Below are positions 26,104 to 35,622 of a stretch of 64,000 nucleotides of DNA, piece after piece. The stretch is from positions 20,177-84,176 of the forward strand of contig DUCU01000085.1 in assembly GCA_012959605.1 (NCBI GenBank), written 5' to 3'. Under the pieces are notes generated by a model that was not told where the DNA came from, made no database searches, and saw only the letters and a program-made list of their open reading frames with translations. Both the position numbers and the translations under genes were made by a program. How positions within the stretch are numbered: the stretch's first letter is position 1; each line of letters starts with the position of its first letter. Origin of the DNA: Dehalococcoidia bacterium (GTDB lineage: Bacteria; Chloroflexota; Dehalococcoidia; Lucifugimonadales; UBA3495).

Positions 26104-26988
26104 TTATGGTTTTGGTTTGGATCGAACTTCGGCTCCAGCCATTTGTTCTAGGATTCGGGCGACGACTGGGTATCCTTCAGTGCCAAGACCCTGGGCCTGG
26201 GCCCGTTGAAGTACGTCGTCCACGATGTCCCCAATGCGCGAAGGCGCTTGCACATCACGGGCTAATTGACAGGCGAGATGAAGGTCTTTGGCTACGATGT
26301 CCAGCGTTCCGTTGCTGGCGAAAGTGCCGTCTAGAACCACGTCCAGGGAACGCGCCATTACCCCACTGGCCGAAGCGCTGATGGGAATAAGTTTGGCCAG
26401 GATGTCCATATCCAGGCCGGCTTTGGCGCCAATGATCATACCCTCGACTCCGGCAACAAAATTGGAATATCCCAGATATTGGGTGACCAACTTTGCTGTG
26501 CAACCAGAGCCGGTGCCGCCCACGTAGATGACATCCTTGCCCATGGTCTCTAGTACCGAACGATGTTGTTCAAACACCTCTGGGTTGCCGCCAACCATCA
26601 TCGTCATGTTTGGTATTCGCCCGCTCACCGGGCAATCCAACATCTTGATCCCCATTTTCTTACAAACGTTTGCCAGATGGTGAATCACAGTAGGTGAATT
26701 GGTGGTTGTGTCGACCCAGGTGCAGCCCGTTTTCAGACCCGCCAGGATTCCAGTGTCCGGTGCGGTCAACACATTTTCAGTTTCGACCGGTCCAGGAAGC
26801 GAAGTGAAAACCACTTCGCTTACCTCTGCCAGTTTTTGAGGGCTTTCTGCCCAATTTGCGCCCATTTCGCAGAGGTTGGTCGCCGACTCCCGGCGCACAT
26901 CAAAGACCGTGACTGAGTGTCCCGCTTCGATCAGAGCTTTGGCCATGGGGTTACCCATGGTGCCAGTGCCAATATATCCAAGCTGCAT
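26104..26988 (-). CDS. NAD(P)-dependent beta-hydroxyacid dehydrogenase (3-hydroxyisobutyrate dehydrogenase-like)
   Basis: 294-aa ORF. MQLGYIGTGTMGNPMAKAL is the GxGxxG Rossmann motif, and the length and C-terminal helical domain are typical of the HIBADH/6PGDH-like family. Confidence 0.75.
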   Translation of the reverse strand: MQLGYIGTGTMGNPMAKALIEAGHSVTVFDVRRESATNLCEMGANWAESPQKLAEVSEVVFTSLPGPVETENVLTAPDTGILAGLKTGCTWVDTTTNSPTVIHHLANVCKKMGIKMLDCPVSGRIPNMTMMVGGNPEVFEQHRSVLETMGKDVIYVGGTGSGCTAKLVTQYLGYSNFVAGVEGMIIGAKAGLDMDILAKLIPISASASGVMARSLDVVLDGTFASNGTLDIVAKDLHLACQLARDVQAPSRIGDIVDDVLQRAQAQGLGTEGYPVVARILEQMAGAEVRSKPKP

Positions 26989-26996
26989 CTATTTAC

Positions 26997-27863
26997 CTAT
27001 TTGGCACTAACGGGTGTTACGTTTCGATGCCCCCAGATGCTGCCTTTCTCATGGCGTTGCACCTGCCACGTGGCGTCATCGACGGTCCGGGCTCCCCAGC
27101 CGTACTCAACATTGAAGCCAGAGGGCGTCTGCATATAGAAAGAGGTCATGTGGTCGTTGGTATGCCGACCTAGTCCTCTGGTGAGTGGCAGTCCTTGGTC
27201 CAGCACCATGTCGTAAGTGGTTCCCACATCGTTCATAGTCTGTGTTTGAATCATGAAGTGGTTTAGCTTCTTTGGCACCTTGGCTTCGATTAATGCCAGG
27301 GAATGGTGGCGAGGATTGCAGTGAAAGAACGCTAAGTTGCGTATGAAATCGCTAATCTTCATGCCCAAAACGTCGCGGTAGAACTTCACAGTTCGGTCCA
27401 AGTCTTCAACGTGCAAGACGACGTGGCCGAGACCTTGTTCGCCGGTGACGAACCCGATGGCTCGCGGTGAATTGAACGGCCGGTCAAAGCTGATAGGTGG
27501 GCCGTAAAAAATCTCTGTAGCGGTGCCATCCGGATCTTCAAACTTGATCATGCCCTCTACTCGACGAGATTTGTTCTCTTCGTCGGTGCCGTCAGCGACT
27601 TCTATACCTGCCTGCTGAAGTTGTTCGGCCATTTCTCTGAGCGCCTGTTCGTCGGTTACCTGCCAGCCGACGAATTCAAGATCATCTTTTCCGGTGGGCT
27701 GAATGATGAAACGATGGCTGTTTTCGTCCATACGAAAGGATAGGTTGCCATCGGCGTCCACCCCATTACTCTCCAAACCCAATAAGTCAGTAGCAAAGTG
27801 TTCCCATTCCTCCACGTTGCTAACGCCCAGTCCCACGTATCCCAATTGCGTTACTCTGGCCAT
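26997..27863 (-). CDS. extradiol ring-cleavage dioxygenase (VOC superfamily, BphC/catechol 2,3-dioxygenase-like)
   Basis: MARVTQLGYVGLGVSNVEEWEHFATDLLGLE is a typical type-I extradiol dioxygenase N-terminus, with a second VOC module (LGHVVLHVEDLDRTVKFY). The start is placed at ATG 27863 (GGAG 9 nt upstream); the ORF track's longer start is 27890. Confidence 0.8.
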   Translation of the reverse strand: MARVTQLGYVGLGVSNVEEWEHFATDLLGLESNGVDADGNLSFRMDENSHRFIIQPTGKDDLEFVGWQVTDEQALREMAEQLQQAGIEVADGTDEENKSRRVEGMIKFEDPDGTATEIFYGPPISFDRPFNSPRAIGFVTGEQGLGHVVLHVEDLDRTVKFYRDVLGMKISDFIRNLAFFHCNPRHHSLALIEAKVPKKLNHFMIQTQTMNDVGTTYDMVLDQGLPLTRGLGRHTNDHMTSFYMQTPSGFNVEYGWGARTVDDATWQVQRHEKGSIWGHRNVTPVSAK

Positions 27864-27953
27864 GTCCAAATCTCCAATTAATGATTTCATAGATTTCTGA
27901 CTATGTGATTTCGAATTGGTCTATTCGTTGCGTATGTTGGATGCTAAGGCTTT

Positions 27954-29417
27954 TCAGCCCCTCCCGTCCACTTTAGCCGCCCGTTGTTTGTTCAACGCTC
28001 GGATCTCGGGGGTATCAGGATCCGCGCCGCTCCACCTTTGTGCAGCGCGGCTTAAACTAGAGTCCGCTTCGGCAGATTGGCCTTGGCCCGATTGAACCCG
28101 GCCCAACCAAAATGTGTCTCGTACCGACTCTCTCTGGTTCAAGCGGCTATACAGCATGGCCTCCGCTTTTTCGAACTGTTCTGCGCGTATATAAGCTTCC
28201 AACATGGTATCTTCGAAGACCTCGCGCTGGGCGTGGCTTCCTCCGATGCGCACCAACTGAGGGAACACCGGCTCCATCAAACGGACGGACTCGGTGTAAT
28301 TCTCTTCAGCGAAGGCTTCGATACCCTGTATCAAAGGAAGGATAACTTCCTTGGCGAAAGAGTCGCCTTCCTCGGCTGAGTCTTGTAAGCGGCTGGTAAT
28401 CTGGCCCATCGCTTCGTAGTCACCGCTGCCCGCGAATGCCAAAGCTGCGTGGGCATCACGGAATGCGGCACCGGGGCCCTGGGCGGCTGGAACTGCGATC
28501 TTCAATACTTCGTCCCACGGTTTCGGAGATGGAACGTCGCTGTAAATTTGCAAACGCCATAACAGGGAAGCGCTGTCATTCAAGGCGGCCATGCTATTGG
28601 CGATCACAGAAGGGCGGATGTATTTCTCATAGCGATCCAAGGTCTCTTGATACTTGCCCTGGGCCATTTCAAAAAGCGCCAAGTGCCATGACAGATGTAC
28701 GTAGGAACTGGCGGGCGCGTCGAATCCTTGGAGCCAGGAACTCAAAAAATCCTCTCCGCTTGAAGCATCGCCCCGCTCAAAGTGCACGTGGGTCATTGAA
28801 TGGCAGGCAACGGCGTTGCTAGGATTCATATCTAATGACCGCTGGGCCAATTCCATCGCGATATCCAATTGACCGGTCTCGTGGTGAGCGAAAGCATATT
28901 CGGCCCAAAAAGCCCAATCTTCTGTGCAATGAGCCTCAACGCTTTGGAGCAGAGACAAATATTCAGGAGGGAAATTCGGCGAACCAGCCCCGCTGCATCC
29001 CAGCATATATAACCGGTGGGCCAGTCGTAGTAGCAGTCTTTCCTGGGGAAACTCGGAGAGATGTTCTTTTATGAGTGCAATGGAATCACTGCCCCGTCCA
29101 AATATCCAAAGGCTGATCGCTTCGATCAGCTGACGTTCCCTACGGGTGATTCCTGAGGTCAACCCTTGGGCTCTGACCATGGTCTTCTTGGCTTCTTCTG
29201 GGAGGGCCCGTTGTTGATACCAATATGCTAGGCAACCGTGCGCCAGGGCGAAGCCTTCGTCCAGTTCAATCGCTTCTTGAAATTTCAAATCGGGGCCGTG
29301 ATTTTGGGACAGTAGACGGTCCATACCTTCGTCTAAGGTATCCGCGGCTGCGGCTGAACTAGTGCTAAGGGCCATCCCGAAACGATCCTGGATCCCATTG
29401 CGCATCATGGCCTCCAT
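27954..29417 (-). CDS. TTC38-family tetratricopeptide-repeat protein
   Basis: It aligns by eye with the TTC38 family (..AVACHSMTHVHFERGD.., ..LSWHLALFEMAQGKYQE.., ..IGGSHAQREVFEDTML..). The start is placed at the internal ATG (MEAMMRNG) so as not to overlap the upstream gene. Confidence 0.6.
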   Translation of the reverse strand: MEAMMRNGIQDRFGMALSTSSAAAADTLDEGMDRLLSQNHGPDLKFQEAIELDEGFALAHGCLAYWYQQRALPEEAKKTMVRAQGLTSGITRRERQLIEAISLWIFGRGSDSIALIKEHLSEFPQERLLLRLAHRLYMLGCSGAGSPNFPPEYLSLLQSVEAHCTEDWAFWAEYAFAHHETGQLDIAMELAQRSLDMNPSNAVACHSMTHVHFERGDASSGEDFLSSWLQGFDAPASSYVHLSWHLALFEMAQGKYQETLDRYEKYIRPSVIANSMAALNDSASLLWRLQIYSDVPSPKPWDEVLKIAVPAAQGPGAAFRDAHAALAFAGSGDYEAMGQITSRLQDSAEEGDSFAKEVILPLIQGIEAFAEENYTESVRLMEPVFPQLVRIGGSHAQREVFEDTMLEAYIRAEQFEKAEAMLYSRLNQRESVRDTFWLGRVQSGQGQSAEADSSLSRAAQRWSGADPDTPEIRALNKQRAAKVDGRG

Positions 29418-29476
29418 CGGGTCGAGTTTGAACCGACGCTTACTGGGCGGTTGATTCCTGAACAGGCACATAAGAA

Positions 29477-30475
29477 CTATTTGGGTATCGACAACACCGA
29501 CGATATTTCGCTGAATTCCCGCCACATCTTATTCCAAGAGTCGCCGCCATCATCGCTGCGGTAAAGGTGCCCATAGCGGCTTCCGGCGTACGCCAATTGG
29601 TCGTTGGACGAGGAGATATCCACGGCCCACATAGCACTGTTGGGCGGTGTTGGCAGTGAGAGATTCTCCCAGGTACGTCCAGTATCCTTGGATCGCATCA
29701 CCGTCCCGGTCCGCCCTGGTGTGGTGTCACCAATCGTCAGGAAGATGGTGCTTGGATACCCAGGGTGTACTTTTATCCCACGGGGATAGGTATAGGGAAA
29801 CACTTCTTTGATTCCGATACTTTCCCAGGTGGCGCCATCGTCGATGCTCGTGAAAACATCATTGTTTACCACAACAATAATGGTCTTGGGTGGACCAAAG
29901 GTGATCGCGACATTGTGGACGTCCAGATTCGGAATGTCGGTTCCGGCCTTGGTCCAGGTGTATCCACCGTCGGAGCTGTGCCTAAGTCCGTCCACTTCTA
30001 TGCCTGCCCAGACGCTCTTGGGGTTGGTGGGGTCTATCGCGATCCCCGTCATCTGTGGATTGCCTATCGGGCATTCCTCAACCACTTCCATGTCGCGGCG
30101 CTCCCAATTTTCTCCGCCATCATCAGAACGAAACATTGCGACCGAGGAAGGAGTCCCAGTCCCGGCTAAAATAATGTTTGGGTCCGTCGGATCGATGGCC
30201 ATCGCCCACACAGAGTATTCGCTTAAAGGCGAAACAATTCTGCGCCAGTTTTGGCCTGCGTCGTGGCTCTTGAATAGACCCCTTTCCGTCCCAGCGAAGA
30301 CCACCTCAGGCTGATTTGGATGATTCGCCAAAACCCGGACCATCGGATTTTGATACATCCCTTGATTTACAGAAATCCGCTGCCAAGTATCGCCAACGTC
30401 TGAGCTGCGCATGACGCCTTGCCCGACTGTGCCAACAAGGATCGTTGATTCATCCGCCATAGCATTACCTCTCAT
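29477..30475 (-). CDS. BNR/Asp-box repeat beta-propeller protein (Ycf48/sialidase-like fold)
   Basis: Seven SxDxGxTW-type Asp-boxes: SDVGDTWQRI, HDAGQNWRRI, SDDGGENWERR, SSDGGYTWTKA, SIDDGATWESI, SKDTGRTWENL, SDDGGDSWNKM. Confidence 0.75.
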   Translation of the reverse strand: MRGNAMADESTILVGTVGQGVMRSSDVGDTWQRISVNQGMYQNPMVRVLANHPNQPEVVFAGTERGLFKSHDAGQNWRRIVSPLSEYSVWAMAIDPTDPNIILAGTGTPSSVAMFRSDDGGENWERRDMEVVEECPIGNPQMTGIAIDPTNPKSVWAGIEVDGLRHSSDGGYTWTKAGTDIPNLDVHNVAITFGPPKTIIVVVNNDVFTSIDDGATWESIGIKEVFPYTYPRGIKVHPGYPSTIFLTIGDTTPGRTGTVMRSKDTGRTWENLSLPTPPNSAMWAVDISSSNDQLAYAGSRYGHLYRSDDGGDSWNKMWREFSEISSVLSIPK

Positions 30476-30694
30476 TCGAAGACAGAACCGCTTTGGTTAC
30501 GGCCCAGTGTACAGGGGGGGTAACCAGCCTTCAAGGAGAAGGCCAAACGGACATTGAGCCAAAGCTAAAACATCAAGCGCCAGCGCATTTAACCGCTTGT
30601 TTGAGATGTTCACCAATCGACCCGGCTTCCGTTCCTGATATAGTATTGCCGCTTGGGAAAGCTGCCGGGAAAGATTCATAGGAGGGATTCATAT

Positions 30695-32236
30695 ATGAAG
30701 TACGACCATATAATCGTCGGTGGTGGAACCGCAGGATGCATTCTAGCCGCTAGATTATCTGAAGACCCGGAACGATCTGTTTTGTTGTTGGAAGCAGGGC
30801 CAGAATACCCTGATTTTGAACAATTGCCTGACTCGTTGAAATACGGTTGGGGGATGCTCAATCTGGAGGCTCGTAAGGCCGGTGGTCCCTTCAACTGGTC
30901 GTACAGCGGCAAGACCACGCCTCAGCAACCTGAACTGATGCCGGTTCCTAGAGGCAAGGCCATGGGTGGCACCAGTTCGATCAATGGCCAGACATTCATC
31001 CGTGGCGCTCCCGAAGATTTCGACACCTGGGCTTCTTGGGGCAATGAGGGTTGGTCCTACGTCGATTGCCTGCCTTACTTCCGAAAGCTCGAAAACGACA
31101 ATGATTATTCCGGAGATTTCCACGGCTCCGACGGTCCTGTGCCGGTGCGCCGACACCACCGTGATACCTGGCCGCCGGCCCAAGAGGCTTTCTATCTAGC
31201 CTGCATCGCTTCCGGGTACCCGGATTTTCCTGATGTCCACGATCCCGAATCCACGGGTATCAGTCTCCGGGCCGAAAACAACATCGACGGGGTGCGGATG
31301 AGCATGGCGCTAGCCTACCTCGACCCGATTCGACACCGCCTTAACCTGACAGTTAAGGCTAGCGTGCAGGCGATGAAGATTAACTTTACCGGTAAAAGAG
31401 CCACCGGTTTGGATGTAGAGATCAACGACGAACGGTTCACTGTGGAAGGCGATGAGGTTGTCTTGTGCGCCGGGGCAGTTGCCTCCCCTCACCTGCTGAT
31501 GTTATCGGGCATAGGTCCAGCCGACCATTTGAACGAGATCGGCATCCCAGTAGTCAACGACCTTCCGGGGGTGGGCCAGAACATGCGCGACCACCCAAAC
31601 GTTACTGTGAGGTTCTCAGTTAAAGAGGGCACTTACGACGATCCCAACGGGATGCGGGCACTCCGCCTCAGGTTCAGCGCCACCGGGTCTAAAACACCCA
31701 ACGACATGATTCTATCTCCGGCTTCAATGAACACCGTTATCAATGAAGGTGATGACCCAAGTCATACCATAAATTGCGGACTGTATCTGGCGGTGGGCAA
31801 GGGCGAACTACGACTAGTTTCTTCCGACCCTCACGCCCAACCCAGCATGGACTACCACTACCTTGAGGACAGTTGGGACCGCGAGCGGCTAAGAGAATCA
31901 GTTCGAAAATGCGTCAACCTTTTGAAGGACCCATCGTATTCCGAGATTATTGAAGAACGGACGGCACCAACTGACGCTGACCTAGTCTCGGACCAGACAT
32001 TGGATGATTGGCTTCTCCGAACTGTCAGCTCCTCATTCCACATCTCTGGCACCTGCAAGATGGGTACCGCAGCTGATCGGGAATCCGTGGTGGACCAGCA
32101 CCTCAAGGTTCGCGGCATTGAAAACCTGCGGATTGTCGATGCGTCGGTAATGCCAGACGTGGTCCGCGCTAACACGAATGTCACCACAATGATGATTGCC
32201 GAACGGGCGGCCGATTTCATCAAACAGGGTCTTTAG
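30695..32236 (+). CDS. GMC family oxidoreductase (choline dehydrogenase-like)
   Basis: MKYDHIIVGGGTAGCILAARLSED is the GxGxxG FAD motif. It also has GKAMGGTSSINGQ and a C-terminal HISGTCKMG...VDASVMP. The start is placed at ATG 30695 behind a GGAGGG RBS. Confidence 0.85.
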   Translation: MKYDHIIVGGGTAGCILAARLSEDPERSVLLLEAGPEYPDFEQLPDSLKYGWGMLNLEARKAGGPFNWSYSGKTTPQQPELMPVPRGKAMGGTSSINGQTFIRGAPEDFDTWASWGNEGWSYVDCLPYFRKLENDNDYSGDFHGSDGPVPVRRHHRDTWPPAQEAFYLACIASGYPDFPDVHDPESTGISLRAENNIDGVRMSMALAYLDPIRHRLNLTVKASVQAMKINFTGKRATGLDVEINDERFTVEGDEVVLCAGAVASPHLLMLSGIGPADHLNEIGIPVVNDLPGVGQNMRDHPNVTVRFSVKEGTYDDPNGMRALRLRFSATGSKTPNDMILSPASMNTVINEGDDPSHTINCGLYLAVGKGELRLVSSDPHAQPSMDYHYLEDSWDRERLRESVRKCVNLLKDPSYSEIIEERTAPTDADLVSDQTLDDWLLRTVSSSFHISGTCKMGTAADRESVVDQHLKVRGIENLRIVDASVMPDVVRANTNVTTMMIAERAADFIKQGL

Positions 32237-32856
32237 CATGCTGGTCGGGAGTTAGCATAGGATTTGTCGACCTGGGTGCCTTGCAGCGGATTACGGAGTA
32301 GAGAGCTTCGGTTGGTATTCCTCCGTGGATGGTTGGAACGCAAACCAGAATGCAGATCGGCTTGGCAACCGTTCCAGCCTGCTCTCAGGGTTGTCCAAGC
32401 TGATTAGGACCTTTTCATGGTCGTACTCGTGAACCTAACACTTCTCCGGCCGATTGGGTCATATATTCCATTATGGCGCGAATACTACTACTAACAAGCA
32501 CATGGGGCCGCCACCAGCTGATTGGTACTCCGCCTTGGCCTAATCATGACCGTCATAGCCATCGGCGTCTTGTTCACTATAGTCCTGCCTTATTGGAGCA
32601 TGGTCGGCGAACGTCCGGAGCAGTGACGGGATGGTCCAGAGTCAATCACCGTTGTCGAAAATATCGCTCCAACCCAACCAGTCACAATTATTGGTTTTCG
32701 ATATCACGCCCTTCTGGTAAATTAGACAAGGAAATCCAGACGAATCAGCGTATTATTCAGGTTGATACAAACCTCAGATGATAAGAAGCCTAAGTTTTTG
32801 CTGAGTGGATTAGAGACGTACGAATAAACAGAAACGTTTGGGCCTTAGGAGAGTAA

Positions 32857-33255
32857 ATGGCAGTACAAGATTGGGAATCAAAAACCTCAGACATCGTTTA
32901 CAGAAAATTTGAGGCTGGAGAATCACTGGTAGAAACGCTTGAGTCTTTGGCGCGTGCCAATGGCATTCGGGAAGCGATCGTGACGTCATGCATCGGGAGC
33001 TTTAGAAACCTGAGCCTGCGCAACCTTTGTGCTTGGGAAGAAGGCTCTCCAGAATTCCAGCGTCAAGAAATTAATGAGACTATGGAGTTGGTTAGCGCGG
33101 AAGGCTATATTCAGCCGTTGCCGGATGGTGGCCTTCGGGTGCACATTCACGTTGCTGCGGCCCGTCCTAACGGCGAGATGGTCGGTGGCCACTGCGAAGA
33201 CGCCACCCTTTTGAGCGGCGCTTTCATGTACCTTCAGGTCTTAGAACGGGAATAG
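32857..33255 (+). CDS. PPC (DUF296) domain protein
   Basis: 132-aa ORF. The pattern RKFEAGESLVETLESLARANGIREA...HIHVAAARPNGEMVGGHCEDATLL matches PPC/DUF296 domains. Confidence 0.6.
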   Translation: MAVQDWESKTSDIVYRKFEAGESLVETLESLARANGIREAIVTSCIGSFRNLSLRNLCAWEEGSPEFQRQEINETMELVSAEGYIQPLPDGGLRVHIHVAAARPNGEMVGGHCEDATLLSGAFMYLQVLERE

Positions 33256-33273
33256 GTGTCCTAGTAAAAGATT

Positions 33274-33320
33274 GGTCGACGTTTGCGAGAGGGCTTTTTC
33301 GGAACGTCGGCCTTTTTTGT
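33274..33320 (+). terminator. putative rho-independent terminator
   Basis: GGTCGACGTT ... AACGTCGGCC stem with a long loop, followed by TTTTTTGTT. Confidence 0.45.
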
Positions 33321-33428
33321 TGCCCAAATATTTGCCTCAGTGTAGTATCACCGAGAGTTCACCCAGTAAGGGAATCAGTGATATCTGGATCGTCCTAGCC
33401 CAGAAGACAAATCAACCAGGGAGAATCC

Positions 33429-35003
33429 ATGAAATACGATATTGTGATTGTTGGCGGTGGAGCCGCCGGATCAGTAATGGCTGCTAGACTGGCCGAAAAC
33501 GCGAATACCTCTGTTCTGTTGCTAGAAGCTGGAAAGGATTACCCTGACCCGGATAACCTTCCGGATGAAGTAAAGTACGCCACCACAAGTTTTGCAGAAT
33601 CCCCAGAGTCGGAACACAACTGGGCCTTGCGTGGAACCATCACCGAGGAGCAGGGCGAGATTCACGTAGCCCAGGGCAAGGTGATTGGCGGTGGGTCGTC
33701 CATCAACGGCGCGGCGATGCAGCGAGGATTGCCCGAGGATTTTGATTCCTGGGCCGAGATGGGTAATGATCAATGGTCTTATGACAAGGTTCTACCATAT
33801 TTTAGGAAATGCGAACGCGACCTAGACATTCGCGATGATTTTCATGGGACTGACGGACCAATGCCGGTGCGTCGTCGCCAGGCAGGTGAATGGCCTGATA
33901 TTCAAAAGGCATTCCACGCCGCCTGCCTGAACGAGGGTTACGGATCGGTTGAGGATACCAACGGCCCAAACCCCGCTGGAGTCGGCGTATGGCCGTCTAA
34001 CAACCTGGACGGCTGGCGGATGAGCGCTGCATTGACCCACTTGAATCCCATGCGCCACCGTATAAACCTAACTGTGCGGGGGGAGGTCCTCGTCAGGAAG
34101 GTGTTGATTGAGGACGGGAAGGCCGTCGGTGTGGAAGCAGAAAGCGGTGGTGAGGTATTTAATATAGAAGCAGACCGTGTGGTTTTAAGCGCTGGGGCGA
34201 TCAAGTCCCCGCACCTGCTTATGCTGTCGGGCATCGGCCCAAAGGACCAACTTGAGGAGTTCGGAATTCCGGTCATCAAGGATCTTCCGGGAGTTGGGCA
34301 AAACCTGATGAACCATCTGAGCGCTCAAGTTACTTTCAAGGTCAAAGACGGATTGTCACTCTTCGGCGATACCGATTCGATCCACTTTGGTCTGCACTAC
34401 ACTTCAGATGGGTCAAGTGAAGTCAATGACATGCTGATGCGGACCACGCCAATGGTCGATGAACGGCCGGAGCGTGTCCCAGGATTGCGGACCAAATCCC
34501 TAAACGATGACGTCCCGGCAGACCGTGTGGCCAGAGTTTCCATCACGCTTGGGTTGCCTGACGGATCAGGATACGTGAACCTCGCATCGGCTGACCCATC
34601 GGTGCAGCCTACATTTAACTATCGTTATCTACAGAATGAAAACGACAAACGCCGGGTTCGGGAAGGCATACGGAAGGCAGCTGATTTTCTTGAATCCGAC
34701 GCGTATAAAAACGTATGCGATTACCGTCTCCATCCTTCGAATGACATCTTGTCCGACGACGATGCTTTGGACCTGTATATACGCCAAACCGTAGGCACAG
34801 CCCGGCATGTTGCTGGTACCTGCAAGATGGGACCAGACTCAGACCCGATGGCTGTTGTTGACCAATACTGCAGCGTCAAGGGAATCACCGGATTGTCGGT
34901 GGTCGATGCGTCGGTGAAACCCAAGATCACCAGGTCAGGCGGCAGCCACGCAACGGTCCTCATGATGAGTGAACGCGCCGTGGAGTTCATTGCGCCAGCG
35001 TAA
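33429..35003 (+). CDS. GMC family oxidoreductase, second paralog
   Basis: MKYDIVIVGGGAAGSVMAARLAEN, GKVIGGGSSINGA, HVAGTCKMG and VDASVKP. Confidence 0.85.
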   Translation: MKYDIVIVGGGAAGSVMAARLAENANTSVLLLEAGKDYPDPDNLPDEVKYATTSFAESPESEHNWALRGTITEEQGEIHVAQGKVIGGGSSINGAAMQRGLPEDFDSWAEMGNDQWSYDKVLPYFRKCERDLDIRDDFHGTDGPMPVRRRQAGEWPDIQKAFHAACLNEGYGSVEDTNGPNPAGVGVWPSNNLDGWRMSAALTHLNPMRHRINLTVRGEVLVRKVLIEDGKAVGVEAESGGEVFNIEADRVVLSAGAIKSPHLLMLSGIGPKDQLEEFGIPVIKDLPGVGQNLMNHLSAQVTFKVKDGLSLFGDTDSIHFGLHYTSDGSSEVNDMLMRTTPMVDERPERVPGLRTKSLNDDVPADRVARVSITLGLPDGSGYVNLASADPSVQPTFNYRYLQNENDKRRVREGIRKAADFLESDAYKNVCDYRLHPSNDILSDDDALDLYIRQTVGTARHVAGTCKMGPDSDPMAVVDQYCSVKGITGLSVVDASVKPKITRSGGSHATVLMMSERAVEFIAPA

Positions 35004-35135
35004 TTTCTCCCTTCAAAGAACAAAAATAATAACGGCCTACACGAGGTACTCATCTACAGATCCATGGTGCGTACCTCGTTCTGGCTGGGCACCCACTGAA
35101 TAGCACCAATTATCCGTTACGCGAGCGGTATCAAC

Positions 35136-35567
35136 ATGACAATCCCCGGGAAACCACCGGCTCCCACTGACCAGGTGCACCACATCGGAATCGCAGTGGC
35201 CGATCTGGACTACAGTATCAACTTCTATAAAAGCATATTTGGGCTGGAACCCGGTCCAATCATAGTCCGAGAAGAACTTGGTGTTCGTGGTTGTTTTATC
35301 GCAATCGGCAGCACCAACTTGGAACTCCTGCAAGGAACTGGCCCGAAAAGCTCTATTTCGATTCACATTGAAGAAAAAGGTGAAGGCCTTCACCATATTT
35401 GCTTTGAGGTAGAGGGAATCGAAGAGAAATTGAAGACCCTTGAGGAGCTTGGCATAGACCTGCGTGACAAAATTCCCAGAAAGGGGCTCATGGGGGGAGA
35501 CATCGGATTCCTGAGCCCTTCCGCAGCAAAAGGGGTTCTAATTGAGTTGGCCGAGCACGAACATTAA
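35136..35567 (+). CDS. VOC family protein (methylmalonyl-CoA epimerase-like)
   Basis: 143-aa ORF. VHHIGIAVADLDYSINFYKSIFG and GEGLHHICFEVEGIEE are the paired metal-binding modules of epimerase/glyoxalase-type VOC proteins. Confidence 0.7.
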   Translation: MTIPGKPPAPTDQVHHIGIAVADLDYSINFYKSIFGLEPGPIIVREELGVRGCFIAIGSTNLELLQGTGPKSSISIHIEEKGEGLHHICFEVEGIEEKLKTLEELGIDLRDKIPRKGLMGGDIGFLSPSAAKGVLIELAEHEH

Positions 35568-35622
35568 CCCACTGTAACGAGCCCAGTCTTTTAAAACGAA
35601 ATCGCAAATTGGAGTAAACGAC

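Noticed and set aside
29418-29525. N-terminal 36 codons of the TPR ORF, and the 13 extra codons of the rSAM-like ORF (15975..16013)
   Set aside because: The TPR extension overlaps the end of the upstream BNR gene. The internal ATGs give family-typical N-termini, and the rSAM-like one has a GGAGAG RBS.
32473-32781. 102-aa ORF in the GMC/PPC spacer
   Set aside because: It has an Arg/His/Ser/Thr-rich composition with no RBS and no recognisable motif. It is probably non-coding.
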